DNA of 64,000 nt from Candidatus Moraniibacteriota bacterium (GCA_041596615.1 JBFHIG010000001.1:77382-141381); one strand, 5' to 3'. Shown: positions 39,327 to 49,772, counted from the stretch's first letter. Numbers and translations: made by a program. Notes: generated by a model not told the origin, from the sequence alone.

Positions 39327-39767
39327 CTATTTAGAACATTTCTCCAGAGCCATTCTTGTTATGCGCGTTAGGTCTTGCCTTTCAAGTAAATTTTCTAGAG
39401 TATCTACTACTAGCATCGAAGCTGCCTCTGCGTCGTCAGAAAAGTCTGGATCAAGAGTCGCGAGGTCAATATTTTTAAGCAGGAAAACATGCACTACGTC
39501 TTCAGACTCATCATATTCTAGCGTTTTTTGGAACACACCCACTTCTTTTGCAGGATGGTTGGAAATATCTAGATTTAATTCTTCCATTATTTCACGATTA
39601 AGTGAATCTCGAAGACTTTCACCTTTTTCCATGCCACCTCCATACATACTAACTTTTCCCTTGTTTATGGGGTTGATGTTGTAGGCTAAATCTTTTTGTT
39701 GAAGCACAATTTTATCATCATTTGTGATAATAATTGCATGTACCCCTGTTTTTGGTGATTCGTTCAT
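39327..39767 (-). CDS. NUDIX hydrolase
   Basis: Nudix box GGGMEKGESLRDSLNREIMEELNL. Confidence 0.7.
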   Translation of the reverse strand: MNESPKTGVHAIIITNDDKIVLQQKDLAYNINPINKGKVSMYGGGMEKGESLRDSLNREIMEELNLDISNHPAKEVGVFQKTLEYDESEDVVHVFLLKNIDLATLDPDFSDDAEAASMLVVDTLENLLERQDLTRITRMALEKCSK

Positions 39768-39874
39768 GGTGGAGTTGTAAAATTATTTTTAATTTTAAAT
39801 ATTGAGAAGAAACTTATTGTCTGAGTTTCTTTGTTTGTTTTAAGTGAAAGCATTTATCTGGCCATGAAACACAA

Positions 39875-39910
39875 CTGCTGAACCGGGCTAAAAGCCCGCT
39901 TCAGCGCGAA
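39875..39910 (+). repeat. Copy of the dispersed hairpin element CUGCUGAA-CCGGGCUAAAAGCCCG-CUUCAGCGCGAA
   Basis: Near-identical to 9519-9546 and to 50324-50375 (the latter with an inserted hairpin). Confidence 0.6.
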
Positions 39911-39969
39911 TCTTTTTGTAGTTTCGGTTGATGAAAGGCTACTTGGACAAGCTCGCTACAGTGTAGAGA

Positions 39970-40248
39970 TTAATCTTCAAATGTTTTAAATTCTAGGCCA
40001 TCTACGCTAACAACATATTTCCATCCTTTCTTAAATGGTGCAAGAAATTTAGGGGTTATCATCTCGATTATTATTTCATGTTCTTCTGCCTCTTCACGAA
40101 TAATCAATTCATGTTTTTTCGCGGTCAAAATAAAATAATCTCCAGCAGCTTCTCCATTAACCTTGAACCCTGATTTACCTGTGAATTTGTTAAATTTAAA
40201 TTCAATATTATATTGATCTTGATTACCAACTACAAATTTTAATAACAT
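39970..40248 (-). CDS. Hypothetical 92-aa protein
   Basis: ORF with coding-like composition. No motif. Confidence 0.35.
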   Translation of the reverse strand: MLLKFVVGNQDQYNIEFKFNKFTGKSGFKVNGEAAGDYFILTAKKHELIIREEAEEHEIIIEMITPKFLAPFKKGWKYVVSVDGLEFKTFED

Positions 40249-40292
40249 AAACTTTATTTATTTTTTTATAGGCACTCAGCTTCCTACAAACC

Positions 40293-41210
40293 TTACAACC
40301 ACTTCTTCCTACGAAAGAATGTAAGCAGAAAAATGACTGTAAGTGACATAAAGCCAAGAATCACCCAGAAGGTAACTGCTTTGCTGGCGATTGTGAAAGA
40401 CTCAAAAGGCGCCATACTGAAAATTCCCACAGTCACGGAAAGTGTAAAAGTAATCAGGGATATTGATGTTAGAAATCGCATAGCTTCATTTGTTTGATAT
40501 GAAACCAGAGCGTTATTTGTTTCTTCAAGAGAAGTAATAACCTCCTTGGTGTTTTCAAGTGCATTCCAAACCCTGATATTGGTTCCAATTAAATCTTGAA
40601 AATATTTATTTAAATTATCCTCCAAAAGTACATAATGTTTTTGAACAAGTGACTCCAGAATGCTTCTTTGAGGCTTTAAAGTTCTTCTAAAAGCCAAAAT
40701 ATCTCTTTTTACAAGAGATATTTCATAGACCATCTTTCTTTCGTTTCCGTTGAAAATCTGTTTTTCGATTTCACTCAATTGTTCGTCGATATGATCAATT
40801 TTTGGGAAACAGGAGTCTAGGAGTTTTTCAAGTATACAGTACAGAAGAAATCCTGTTGAGTTTGACATTGCTCTATTTTTTGCATTTTCATTTTCATTAA
40901 ACTCTTTTATAATTGCTTTTAGAGGAATATTGTCCCCAACATGAGCAGTGAATAGATGGTCTTTTGTGATTACGATATCAAGCTCTCCCGGGGAAGTGAC
41001 TCTTTTTTTGCGATCAAAAAGAGGAATGTGCATAACCAGGTAAAGACAATTATCAAATTCCTGCGCAAGCGGTCGTTGTGACGGGGAAGTGAACTCATCA
41101 AGAACAAGCGTGTCTAAGTTAAAATTATTTTTTATGTATAGAACATCTTTAGGGGTTGGATTTTGAATATCAAACCAAGTCATCTTGTTTCCCTTGATTT
41201 CATTCACCAT
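40293..41210 (-). CDS. CorA-family divalent-cation transporter with a non-canonical pore motif (SMA in place of GMN)
   Basis: The C-terminus aligns with CorA TM1-loop-TM2. NEAMRFLTSISLITFTLSVTVGIFSMAPFE ... FRRKKWL corresponds to [29 protein letters not shown] ... FKKKKWL. Confidence 0.6.
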   Translation of the reverse strand: MVNEIKGNKMTWFDIQNPTPKDVLYIKNNFNLDTLVLDEFTSPSQRPLAQEFDNCLYLVMHIPLFDRKKRVTSPGELDIVITKDHLFTAHVGDNIPLKAIIKEFNENENAKNRAMSNSTGFLLYCILEKLLDSCFPKIDHIDEQLSEIEKQIFNGNERKMVYEISLVKRDILAFRRTLKPQRSILESLVQKHYVLLEDNLNKYFQDLIGTNIRVWNALENTKEVITSLEETNNALVSYQTNEAMRFLTSISLITFTLSVTVGIFSMAPFESFTIASKAVTFWVILGFMSLTVIFLLTFFRRKKWL

Positions 41211-41375
41211 AAATTTTCTATGTTTTTTTGTTAGTATTTTTATCGCCTGTAACTATTCTAGCAAAAAAAATCCTTATTTAAAAGTTTTCTTTTTTAATTA
41301 AGATACAGTTAGCTTGCTAAATTTAAAAAAGAGTATTTAATTAAGAAAAGAGAATCAATTTTTAAGTTTAAATTA

Positions 41376-41648
41376 GTGAAAAAAATTCTAATTTTTTTAA
41401 TAAAACTATATCAAAAAACACTTTCGAGAGATACAGGATTCCTCTCCTATTTTTATAGCGAAAGAACTTGTAGGTTTCATCCTACTTGCTCGCAATATAC
41501 CCTAGAAGCAATCCAGCGCTTTGGTTCAGTCAAGGGTTCTTACTTAGGATTCCGTAGGATTATTCGTTGTCACCCCTGGAATAAGGGAGGGATTGACTAT
41601 ATTCCAAAAAAAAGTGATAATGAAGGGCAAAAGAAGCGAAAAGCTTGA
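41376..41648 (+). CDS. yidD: Membrane protein insertion efficiency factor YidD
   Basis: [17 protein letters not shown] ... RCHPW are conserved YidD motifs. Confidence 0.85.
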   Translation: MKKILIFLIKLYQKTLSRDTGFLSYFYSERTCRFHPTCSQYTLEAIQRFGSVKGSYLGFRRIIRCHPWNKGGIDYIPKKSDNEGQKKRKA

Positions 41649-41663
41649 GGCAATGTTAAGATT

Positions 41664-43211
41664 TTGAAATTAAAAATTAGTCAGAAGCGCTTAATGCAGA
41701 AAATAATAAAGCCAAAAACATTAAAAGAGCTTATTTCCTTAAGGAAAACTCCTTATAATGCGAAGAGGATCGAGCGAATAACAATCGCTTATGATTTTGC
41801 TAAAAAAGCACATGAGGGACAAAAGAGAAAATCTGGTGAAGATTATTTTGTTCATTGTGTTGAAACTGCTGCTACATTGGTAAAAATGGGACTTGGTTCG
41901 GTGACTGTCTCGGCCGCACTTTTGCATGATGTTCCAGAAGATACGAAAGTGACATTGAGGGATGTGGAAGATGTTTTTGGAAAGGAAATCGCTTTTATTG
42001 TTGAAGGAGTAACAAAGTTGGGGCATGTTAGATTGAAAGGTAGTATTGAAGAATATTATCTAGACAATCTAAGAAAGATGTTTATGGCAATGGCAGCCGA
42101 TATCCGTGTAATTTTGATTAAGCTTGCCGATAGGCTTCATAACATGAGGACCCTCGAGGCATTGCCAGAAAACAAGAGATTTAGAATTGCAAAGGAAACA
42201 ATGGAGATTTTTGTTCCAATTGCAAATCGTTTTGGAATTGGAGAAATTAAGGGAGAGCTTGAAGATTTGGCTTTTAAATATATTGAACCTGAAAAATATG
42301 ACTTTACAGTTAAATTGGAAACAGAAGCATATAAATCAAGAGAACAATATATAAAATCTGCAATTGTAGAGTTGCAAAAAGAGTTGAAGATTACGGGGAT
42401 AAAATTAATTGATATTCATGGTAGGGCAAAAAGGTACTACAGTTTGTACAAAAAGCTTGAGAAATATGACATGAATATTGACAAAGTCTATGATTTGGTC
42501 GCAATCAGGCTTGTTGTTACAACAGTCGCTGCTTGTTATGAGACACTGGGAATTGTGCATAGGAAATACAGACCGCTTATCGGGCGTATTAAGGATTATA
42601 TATCTTTGCCAAAACCAAATGGATATAAATCAATTCACACAACCGTTTTTGGACCAGAAGGGAAAATACTTGAAATTCAAATTAGAACAGAAAGAATGCA
42701 CGATGAGGCTGAATTTGGAATTGCTGCTCATTGGATATATACGCAAGGAAGAACTTGGAAAGACATTGTTTTAAGAAGAGAACCGAAATCAGGCGAGGTT
42801 CCGGAAAAAGAATTAGAATGGGTCCAGCAATTAAAACAATGGCACACCGAAACGGGAGGAGAGAGTGATGATTTTTGGCGCTCAATTAAATTTGATTTTT
42901 TTAAAAATCATATATTTGCCTTTACTCCAAGTGGGGATGTCATAGAGTTGCCAGAAGGAGCAACTCCTATAGATTTTGCCTACAGAATTCACTCCGAGGT
43001 TGGCAACAGGGCTATGGGTGCAAAGGCAAATGGGAAGATGGTGTCCCTTGACTATGTTATTCACAACGGTGATTTATTAGAAATTGTTACATCTAAAGAG
43101 AAAAAATTGCCAAGTCGTGATTGGTTGAAATTTGTAAAAACAGCTCATGCTCAGGCTAAAATAAAAAACACTTTAAGAAAAGGTGGTATACACATAGTGA
43201 GGCAAAAGTAG
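41664..43211 (+). CDS. rel: (p)ppGpp synthetase/hydrolase of the RelA/SpoT family (HD + synthetase + TGS; no ACT domain)
   Basis: HD motif HDVPEDT, the synthetase domain around residue 310 (RLVVTTVAACYETLGIVH...), and a C-terminal TGS domain. Confidence 0.85.
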   Translation: MKLKISQKRLMQKIIKPKTLKELISLRKTPYNAKRIERITIAYDFAKKAHEGQKRKSGEDYFVHCVETAATLVKMGLGSVTVSAALLHDVPEDTKVTLRDVEDVFGKEIAFIVEGVTKLGHVRLKGSIEEYYLDNLRKMFMAMAADIRVILIKLADRLHNMRTLEALPENKRFRIAKETMEIFVPIANRFGIGEIKGELEDLAFKYIEPEKYDFTVKLETEAYKSREQYIKSAIVELQKELKITGIKLIDIHGRAKRYYSLYKKLEKYDMNIDKVYDLVAIRLVVTTVAACYETLGIVHRKYRPLIGRIKDYISLPKPNGYKSIHTTVFGPEGKILEIQIRTERMHDEAEFGIAAHWIYTQGRTWKDIVLRREPKSGEVPEKELEWVQQLKQWHTETGGESDDFWRSIKFDFFKNHIFAFTPSGDVIELPEGATPIDFAYRIHSEVGNRAMGAKANGKMVSLDYVIHNGDLLEIVTSKEKKLPSRDWLKFVKTAHAQAKIKNTLRKGGIHIVRQK

Positions 43212-43286
43212 TTTTAATTGACAGAGAAAGTTTTTTGTGTAAGAATGAATTCAAGTTGGTTTAGACGACTTATGTGCGAATTTAAT

Positions 43287-43360
43287 CGCGGGGTGGAGCA
43301 GTTTGGTAGCTCGACTGGCTCATAACCAGTAGGTCACCGGTTCAAATCCGGTCCCCGCAA
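43287..43360 (+). tRNA. Initiator tRNA-fMet (CAU) with a C1xA72 mismatch; no encoded CCA
   Basis: CGCGGGG ... CCCCGCAA acceptor, anticodon loop CTCATAA. It is highly similar to E. coli tRNA-fMet. Confidence 0.7.
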
Positions 43361-43463
43361 CAAGATTTCAGATTTCAATTTTCAATTCTCAGTTTTCAAT
43401 CTCATATGCAAGTTGAAAATTGTTCAAAGAAAATTGATTTTTTTATGTAAATTTAGATAATAT

Positions 43464-43537
43464 GGCGGCGTAGCTCAGTTGGTTAGAGCGTGGGACTCAT
43501 AAGCCCGAGGTCAGAGGTTCAACTCCTCTCGCCGCTA
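43464..43537 (+). tRNA. Elongator tRNA-Met (CAU); the anticodon stem carries one mismatch (31:39); no encoded CCA
   Basis: Acceptor GGCGGCG/CGCCGCT and loop CTCATAA; resembles Bacillus elongator tRNA-Met. A TTGATT-N18-TAATAT promoter-like element abuts the 5' end. Confidence 0.65.
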
Positions 43538-43614
43538 CAATTTTTTTGTAAGTGATATTGTATCTTTGCATGAAAAAATAAAAACGAAAACTAAATATTT
43601 AGTCTTAAATTTTT

Positions 43615-44790
43615 ATGAAAATAGGACTTGACATTCGAACTGTAGGGAAAAATAGAACGGGAGATGAGACCGTTACAATGCAACTGGTGACTAATCTTTT
43701 GAAAGCCAAGGCAAGGGGTGTTTTTTCTTTGTACACAGATACAAAAGAAAAATCTACTTTAGAAGAAATTGAAAAAAAGTTTGATTCTAAAGAAAATAAT
43801 AATTTCAAAGTTCACTCTGTTTTACCTGCTAAGAAGGCACTTTGGACACTTTGGTCTTTGCCTAGTTTTATAAAAAAATTTCCTGTTGATATATTGCATG
43901 TGCAATATATAACACCAATTTGGCTTCCCAAAAAAGTAAAGCTGGTGACAACAATTCATGACATTTCTTTTGCAAGATTTCCTAGATTTATAGATAAAAA
44001 AGATCTTTTCCTTTTGAATAACTTTATCCCTTTGTCGTTGAAAAGAGCGGATAAAATAATTGCAGTATCAGAATTCACAAAAAAAGAAATAGTTGATGTC
44101 TATAAGATTGATGAAAAAAAAATTGAAGTTGTCTATAACGGTGGCGCATCAGAAGTTTTTTCTAAAAAAAGTTCAGACCAGGAGATTCTCAATTTCGTAA
44201 AAAAAAATAAATTACCTAAGGAATTTATTTTATACGTGGGCACTCTGCAACCAAGAAAAAATATCCCATTTTTGTTAAGAAACTTTGTTGAATTTAAAAA
44301 GAAATTTACCACTAAAGAAGGCATTGATAACTTGTGTTTGGTTATAGGGGGGAATAGAGCTGGACATAATTATGACAAGGAAATTGATTCAGTAATGAAG
44401 GAGGTTGAAAGAAAAACGCCAAAAATTGCAAAGCAGATTATTTTTTCAGGTTTTATTCCGGATAAGGATTTGCCAATGTATTATAAAGCAGCAAAATTGA
44501 TATGCATTTGTTCAAGATATGAAGGATTTGGATTGCCAGCAATTGAAGCTATGGCAAGCGAAACTCCTGTTTTATCAACCGATGCCTCTTGCATGCCAGA
44601 AATTTGCTCAGATGCTGCAATGCTATATAAACAGGATGAAGATGGTGATTTTGTTAAAAAATTATTTAAGCTGATTAGTGATAAAGATTGTGCAGAAGAT
44701 TTGATAAAAAAAGGCAAAGCAAGAGCAAAGGACTTCAGCTGGGAGAGAACTGCAGACAAAGTGATGGGTGTGTATAAGAAACTAAAATAA
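43615..44790 (+). CDS. Glycosyltransferase family 4 (GT-B, group 1)
   Basis: C-terminal GT4 domain with EGFGLP and an E...E motif. Confidence 0.75.
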   Translation: MKIGLDIRTVGKNRTGDETVTMQLVTNLLKAKARGVFSLYTDTKEKSTLEEIEKKFDSKENNNFKVHSVLPAKKALWTLWSLPSFIKKFPVDILHVQYITPIWLPKKVKLVTTIHDISFARFPRFIDKKDLFLLNNFIPLSLKRADKIIAVSEFTKKEIVDVYKIDEKKIEVVYNGGASEVFSKKSSDQEILNFVKKNKLPKEFILYVGTLQPRKNIPFLLRNFVEFKKKFTTKEGIDNLCLVIGGNRAGHNYDKEIDSVMKEVERKTPKIAKQIIFSGFIPDKDLPMYYKAAKLICICSRYEGFGLPAIEAMASETPVLSTDASCMPEICSDAAMLYKQDEDGDFVKKLFKLISDKDCAEDLIKKGKARAKDFSWERTADKVMGVYKKLK

Positions 44791-44911
44791 AGAAATAGCT
44801 AACACTAAGACTATTTGACACTATTGAAGTTTAACAGTAAAAGGTGTATATTTGATGTGTTAAGTTTGAAGAGTGGTAACAGTTTAGGTAATTTAAATTA
44901 ATTTTTTTAAT

Positions 44912-46294
44912 ATGCAGACATTTTTAAGAAAAAAAAGACAAACAGGACTTCGAAGTCAGAAGCAAAATGGGGCTTTTTATAAGAAAAAAATCTTTTGGGT
45001 TTTTGCTGTTATTGTTTTTGCTATTTTATCTATAGGAGGGGGTTTCTTGTATAAATCAGGAAGCGTTTTAAGTAAAATATCAGGAGGCAATCAATCAGCC
45101 CTAAAAAGTCTTTTGGGTGTTGCTTCGGGAGACGAAATAAAGCAAGAGGGCGATGGAAGAACTAATATATTGCTTTTGGGAGTAAGAGGTACAAACATTC
45201 TAGGAGGAGATCTTTTGTCTGATGTTAATATGGTAATTTCTTTGAAGAAAGATGAAGACAAAATTGCTTTAGTTTCAATTCCGCGGGATTTATACGTAAA
45301 AATTCCAGGATCGGAAAATTCTTCAAAAATAAACGCTATCCATGCATATGGTGAGCAGGGTGAAAAAAACGAAGGTCTGGATCAGATGAAAAAAATCGTT
45401 GGTGAGATAACTGGTATGAACATTCACTATGCTGCCTCAATTAACTTCACTGGGTTCAAGCAACTTATAGATGCAGTTGATGGCGTGAATGTTAACTTGG
45501 AAACACCATTTTATGAGGTTTCTCAGTTTGTTCAAGGGAATGAATGTGGAGGAGAATTCACTCTGCCAGCAGGAGATAATCACCTAGATGGGGAGACTGC
45601 ACTTTGTTATGTTAGGGCAAGAGAAAATACCTCTGATTTTGACCGAGCTAAAAGGCAACAAGTTGTTTTACAGTCTCTAAAAGACAAAATGATTTCACTC
45701 GGAACACTAACTGATTTTGGAAGAGTTGGAAAGGTATTGGATGCAGTTGGGGAAAATGTCAAAACTGACATGCCACCAAGTGAAATGAGAGGTTTCTTTG
45801 ATGAATATGTGGGAATGCAAAATGCTGAAATTTATCAAAGAGTTCTAGAGAATACAGAAGAAGGTTTGTTGACAGTGCCTGATGATATACAAGGAGCGGG
45901 ATATGTTCTTGTACCAAGAGCTGGTAGGGATAATTATTCAGAAATCCAGGATGTTTGTAAGAATATTTTTACAATTGCAAGACAAAGTGATGTTGATCCA
46001 GTAAATCAATACGCTAAACCACAAAGGAAAATTAGAACTATCCCTGTTGAAGTTACTGGTTCGGTTGATGCTTCTAGTGGTTATAAGACAAAAGTGACTC
46101 AAAAGATTTTCCAGATTGAAATAGAGGGAAGCTACAGTGAGAATCAAATTACAATTGATCTTAGTAAATTGAGTAAAATAAAAGAGACTGGAACTACTAA
46201 TTTTAAGATAGAAGACCTAAATATTCCTGAAGGAACGAAGGTGATTTCACACACTGGAACCAAGACTGTTTTGAAAATAGAAACATCAAAGTAA
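44912..46294 (+). CDS. LytR-CpsA-Psr (LCP) family cell-envelope glycopolymer phosphotransferase with C-terminal extension
   Basis: N-terminal TM helix, then LLLGVRG ... DVNMVISL ... SIPRDLYVKIPG ... INAIHAYG, which is the LCP core. Confidence 0.75.
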   Translation: MQTFLRKKRQTGLRSQKQNGAFYKKKIFWVFAVIVFAILSIGGGFLYKSGSVLSKISGGNQSALKSLLGVASGDEIKQEGDGRTNILLLGVRGTNILGGDLLSDVNMVISLKKDEDKIALVSIPRDLYVKIPGSENSSKINAIHAYGEQGEKNEGLDQMKKIVGEITGMNIHYAASINFTGFKQLIDAVDGVNVNLETPFYEVSQFVQGNECGGEFTLPAGDNHLDGETALCYVRARENTSDFDRAKRQQVVLQSLKDKMISLGTLTDFGRVGKVLDAVGENVKTDMPPSEMRGFFDEYVGMQNAEIYQRVLENTEEGLLTVPDDIQGAGYVLVPRAGRDNYSEIQDVCKNIFTIARQSDVDPVNQYAKPQRKIRTIPVEVTGSVDASSGYKTKVTQKIFQIEIEGSYSENQITIDLSKLSKIKETGTTNFKIEDLNIPEGTKVISHTGTKTVLKIETSK

Positions 46295-46310
46295 AAAATA
46301 ACCCCAATCC

Positions 46311-47153
46311 ATGAGGGTAAATAAACCCAAGCTATCAATTGTAATCACATCATATAAAAACACTGAGTTACTTCGACTCTGTTTAGAGTCAATTCAGAAG
46401 AACATTAAAGACTTAGAGTACGAAGTGATTGTTGCAGACAGTAGTACTGAAGAAAAAACATATGATTTATTCAGAGAAGGCTTTAGAGATGTTATTTTTA
46501 TACCAAATCTAAAAAACAAAGGCTTTGGGGGTCTTGTTAATCAAGGTCTTAAAAAAGCTAAGGGCGAATTTTTGTTTATTATAAATGCTGATATAATAAT
46601 TAAAGACAGCGCTGTAAATAAACTGTTTAAGTTTATTAAGGATGATGATACGGTTGGTATTGTTGCGCCTCAATTGATTAATTTTGATAATTCGGTACAG
46701 CAATCTTGCTTCAAATTCTATTCACCATTAACAGTTTTTTACAGAAGGACCTTTCTGGGCAGGATGAAATTTGCCAAAAAACATCTAGAGAGATTTTTGA
46801 TGAAAAAGGAGCAAAAATTAAATAAACCTTTTACTGCAGATTGGGTGATGGGAAGCGCTATGATGACGAAAAGAAGCATTGTGGATTTAGTTGGTCAATA
46901 CGACAGACGATATTTTATGTACTTTGAAGACGTAGATTGGTGTAGGCGTTTTTGGGAGAAAAAATACAAGGTAGTGTACAATCCAAACATAAAAGTTTTT
47001 CATTATCACGGAAGGCAAAGTGCTAGCAAGAATGCCTTGAATTCAGTTCTGTTTAATAAGTATACCAGGGCTCATATAACAAGTGCTATCAAATATTTTG
47101 CTAAGTTTATGGGCAAAAAAAATCCACACGATGAATTTAATCAAGAAAAATAG
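46311..47153 (+). CDS. Glycosyltransferase family 2
   Basis: LSIVITSYKN, a DSS (DxD-like) motif, and a C-terminal GT-A fold pattern. Confidence 0.75.
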   Translation: MRVNKPKLSIVITSYKNTELLRLCLESIQKNIKDLEYEVIVADSSTEEKTYDLFREGFRDVIFIPNLKNKGFGGLVNQGLKKAKGEFLFIINADIIIKDSAVNKLFKFIKDDDTVGIVAPQLINFDNSVQQSCFKFYSPLTVFYRRTFLGRMKFAKKHLERFLMKKEQKLNKPFTADWVMGSAMMTKRSIVDLVGQYDRRYFMYFEDVDWCRRFWEKKYKVVYNPNIKVFHYHGRQSASKNALNSVLFNKYTRAHITSAIKYFAKFMGKKNPHDEFNQEK

Positions 47154-47161
47154 CTAAAAAT

Positions 47162-48547
47162 ATGCAAGAAGAAAAGAAAGAGAACTCTGAGTCAACAGAA
47201 GTTGAAAAAAATACTGAATTTTCAAAAGAAATAAAAACAGAAAAAGATGTTTTGCCCAACAACTCGGATGGAAATACTTTGAGTTCAATTCATAAAATTT
47301 CAACAAAAAAGAATTATTTTGGGACAGTTCTTTTGATAGTAATTATTTTTTTGGTTGGCTTTCTTTCTGGTAGTAAATTTTCAAAAGGAGACACAATATC
47401 GAATAAAATTTCAACTATTATAAATCCCTCAACAAAATCAAATATTTTTTTAGGAAATGATGAATTGATTCCTGAAAATGATGATTTTAATATTTTTTGG
47501 GAAGCTTGGAGGCAGATGGATGACAAATTCGTAGATGTTGAAAAGTTAGACAAGCAAAAAAGAATATACGGTGCAATTAAGGGCATGGTATCGGCAGCAG
47601 GCGATCCATATTCTTCGTATATGGATCCGCAAGAGGCTAAGGATTTTAACACTGATATGATAGGTAGTTTCGAAGGCATTGGCGCTGAATTAGGAATGAA
47701 GAATGGTATGTTGACGGTGATTGCTCCTTTGGAAGGCACGCCGGCAGAAAGAGCTGATTTACGTGCTGGTGACATAATAGTGAAAATTTTTGATGAAGTT
47801 ACTCTTGATATGACCGTTGATGATGCGGTAAAAAGAATTCGTGGAGAGAAAGGGACCGTTGTTAAGCTTACCGTTGCCAGGAGCGAGACAGGAGAGACTA
47901 TCGAAATTGAGATTACCAGAGGAATAATTGAACTGGAGAGCGTCAAATATGAAAAGAAAGAAGGAAATATCGGATATATAAAAGTTTCTAAATTTCTTGA
48001 GAATACAGGAGAAAAATTTGATAAAGCAATTAGTACTGCGATAATTGATGAAGTTGAAGGGTTGGTTATTGATGTAAGGAATAACCCTGGGGGCTTCTTG
48101 AATGTTGCAGTTGATATGGCTTCAACATTTGTCACAAAAGGTGAAGTTGTGGTTTGGGAGGAAGAAAGGAATGATGACAAAACTCCTTTTAGGGCTTTGG
48201 GCAAAGAAGATAAACTGCTAGATATGCCAGTTATTGTGCTTATGAACGGGGGAAGCGCTAGCGCTTCAGAAATTCTTGCTGGGGCACTGAGGGATATCAG
48301 AGGAATTAAATTGGTAGGTGAGAAAAGCTTTGGAAAAGGCTCAGTTCAACAAGTTGTGGAACTGAGTGATAAGTCAAATTTAAAAGTCACAATCGCAAAA
48401 TGGTTAACGCCAAAAGGAACTTCTATTCATGAGCTTGGTCTTGAACCAGATGTTGAAGTCAAGATGACAAATGAGGATTATGAAAACAAGAAAGATCCTC
48501 AACTAGAAAGAGGATTGGAGGAATTGAAAAAAGAGATTACGAAATAA
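47162..48547 (+). CDS. ctpA: Carboxyl-terminal processing protease (S41, CtpA-like) with PDZ domain
   Basis: PDZ domain, then the catalytic region GGSASASEILAG and the ...K dyad. Confidence 0.8.
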   Translation: MQEEKKENSESTEVEKNTEFSKEIKTEKDVLPNNSDGNTLSSIHKISTKKNYFGTVLLIVIIFLVGFLSGSKFSKGDTISNKISTIINPSTKSNIFLGNDELIPENDDFNIFWEAWRQMDDKFVDVEKLDKQKRIYGAIKGMVSAAGDPYSSYMDPQEAKDFNTDMIGSFEGIGAELGMKNGMLTVIAPLEGTPAERADLRAGDIIVKIFDEVTLDMTVDDAVKRIRGEKGTVVKLTVARSETGETIEIEITRGIIELESVKYEKKEGNIGYIKVSKFLENTGEKFDKAISTAIIDEVEGLVIDVRNNPGGFLNVAVDMASTFVTKGEVVVWEEERNDDKTPFRALGKEDKLLDMPVIVLMNGGSASASEILAGALRDIRGIKLVGEKSFGKGSVQQVVELSDKSNLKVTIAKWLTPKGTSIHELGLEPDVEVKMTNEDYENKKDPQLERGLEELKKEITK

Positions 48548-48551
48548 ACTG

Positions 48552-49577
48552 ATGAAGAAAAAGATTGTGACAATAGGCGGAGGCACAGGAAGTTTTGTTT
48601 TGTTATCAGGATTGAGAGATTTTGACTTTGATATCAGCGCAATTGTTTCCATGGCCGACGATGGGGGTTCAACGGGTCGTTTGCGAGATGAATTGGGCGT
48701 TTTGCCACCAGGAGATGTAAGGCAATGTCTTGTTGCTCTAAGTGAGCAGCCCCTTATTTGGAGAGACTTGTTTAATTATCGGTTTGAGGCTGGAGAATTA
48801 AAGGGTCATGCTGTCGGCAATCTTTTTCTTTCTGGCTTGGAAAAGATGAAGGGTGATTTCTCCGAAGGACTCGATGTGGCAATGAAAGCGTTGAATGTTA
48901 AGGGAAAGGTTATCCCAGTAACAAGAAGCAATGTTAATCTACAACTTAAGCTTAAAGATGGGAGTATAATTTCAGGAGAGGCTGAGATAAATAAAAACAA
49001 CAACATAGAGTCGGTGGGTTTGAAAAAAATATGCCTAAAACCTTTTGCTAGAGCAAATCAGAAAGCAATAACAGCAATAATGCAAGCAGACGTAGTTGTT
49101 ATTGGGCCAGGAAATCATTATTGTAGCATCATCCCTAACTTGTTAGTAAGCGGAATTTCCAAGGCACTACTTGAAACAAAAGCAAGGATTGTTTATGTTG
49201 CAAACTTAGTTAATAAAAAGGGACATACGGAAGAGTTTTCGCTAGAAGATTATATAAATTCAATAAATGAATTTATTGGCAAAGAGCGGGTAGATTATGT
49301 TATTTTTAACACACAAAAACCAACACCTTTGCTGCAAAGGAAATATGAAAAAAGAGGGGAAGGTATTTTACAATTTAAAAAACCTTCCAACGAGAAAAAA
49401 CGAAGACACAAAATCATAACGTCACATTTGTTGGGCAAAGAGCAAGAATATAGCAAAGCAGATAAAATCTCCCACGTAAGATCATTAATTAGACATGACC
49501 ATAAGAAGCTGGCAAGAGTAGTAGAATACATAGTCAATCTTACTGATTATAAAGATATTATAAAAAAAGTTATATAA
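48552..49577 (+). CDS. YvcK / gluconeogenesis-factor family (UPF0052, CofD-like)
   Basis: IVTIGGGTGSFVLLSGL ... MADDGGSTGRLR are diagnostic. Confidence 0.8.
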   Translation: MKKKIVTIGGGTGSFVLLSGLRDFDFDISAIVSMADDGGSTGRLRDELGVLPPGDVRQCLVALSEQPLIWRDLFNYRFEAGELKGHAVGNLFLSGLEKMKGDFSEGLDVAMKALNVKGKVIPVTRSNVNLQLKLKDGSIISGEAEINKNNNIESVGLKKICLKPFARANQKAITAIMQADVVVIGPGNHYCSIIPNLLVSGISKALLETKARIVYVANLVNKKGHTEEFSLEDYINSINEFIGKERVDYVIFNTQKPTPLLQRKYEKRGEGILQFKKPSNEKKRRHKIITSHLLGKEQEYSKADKISHVRSLIRHDHKKLARVVEYIVNLTDYKDIIKKVI

Positions 49578-49668
49578 TGAAAAGCCAATCAACATTGACG
49601 GAAAAGTTTTTTTCGTTTATGCTGAATTTTGTAGTTTAAGTTTTGTAGTATTATTGAAAAACAACAAT

Positions 49669-49741
49669 GCACCATTAGCTCAGTTGGTAGAGCAGTCGCC
49701 TCTTAAGCGAACGGTCGCAGGTTCAAATCCTGCATGGTGTA
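49669..49741 (+). tRNA. tRNA-Lys (CUU); no encoded CCA
   Basis: Acceptor GCACCAT/ATGGTGT and anticodon loop CTCTTAA. Confidence 0.75.
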
Positions 49742-49772
49742 CAATATTCACAATCTTGTGGGATTATTATAT

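Noticed and set aside
47314-48204. 296-aa minus-strand ORF
   Set aside because: Fully antisense to ctpA. The Ser/Pro/Thr low-complexity translation is typical of a shadow ORF.
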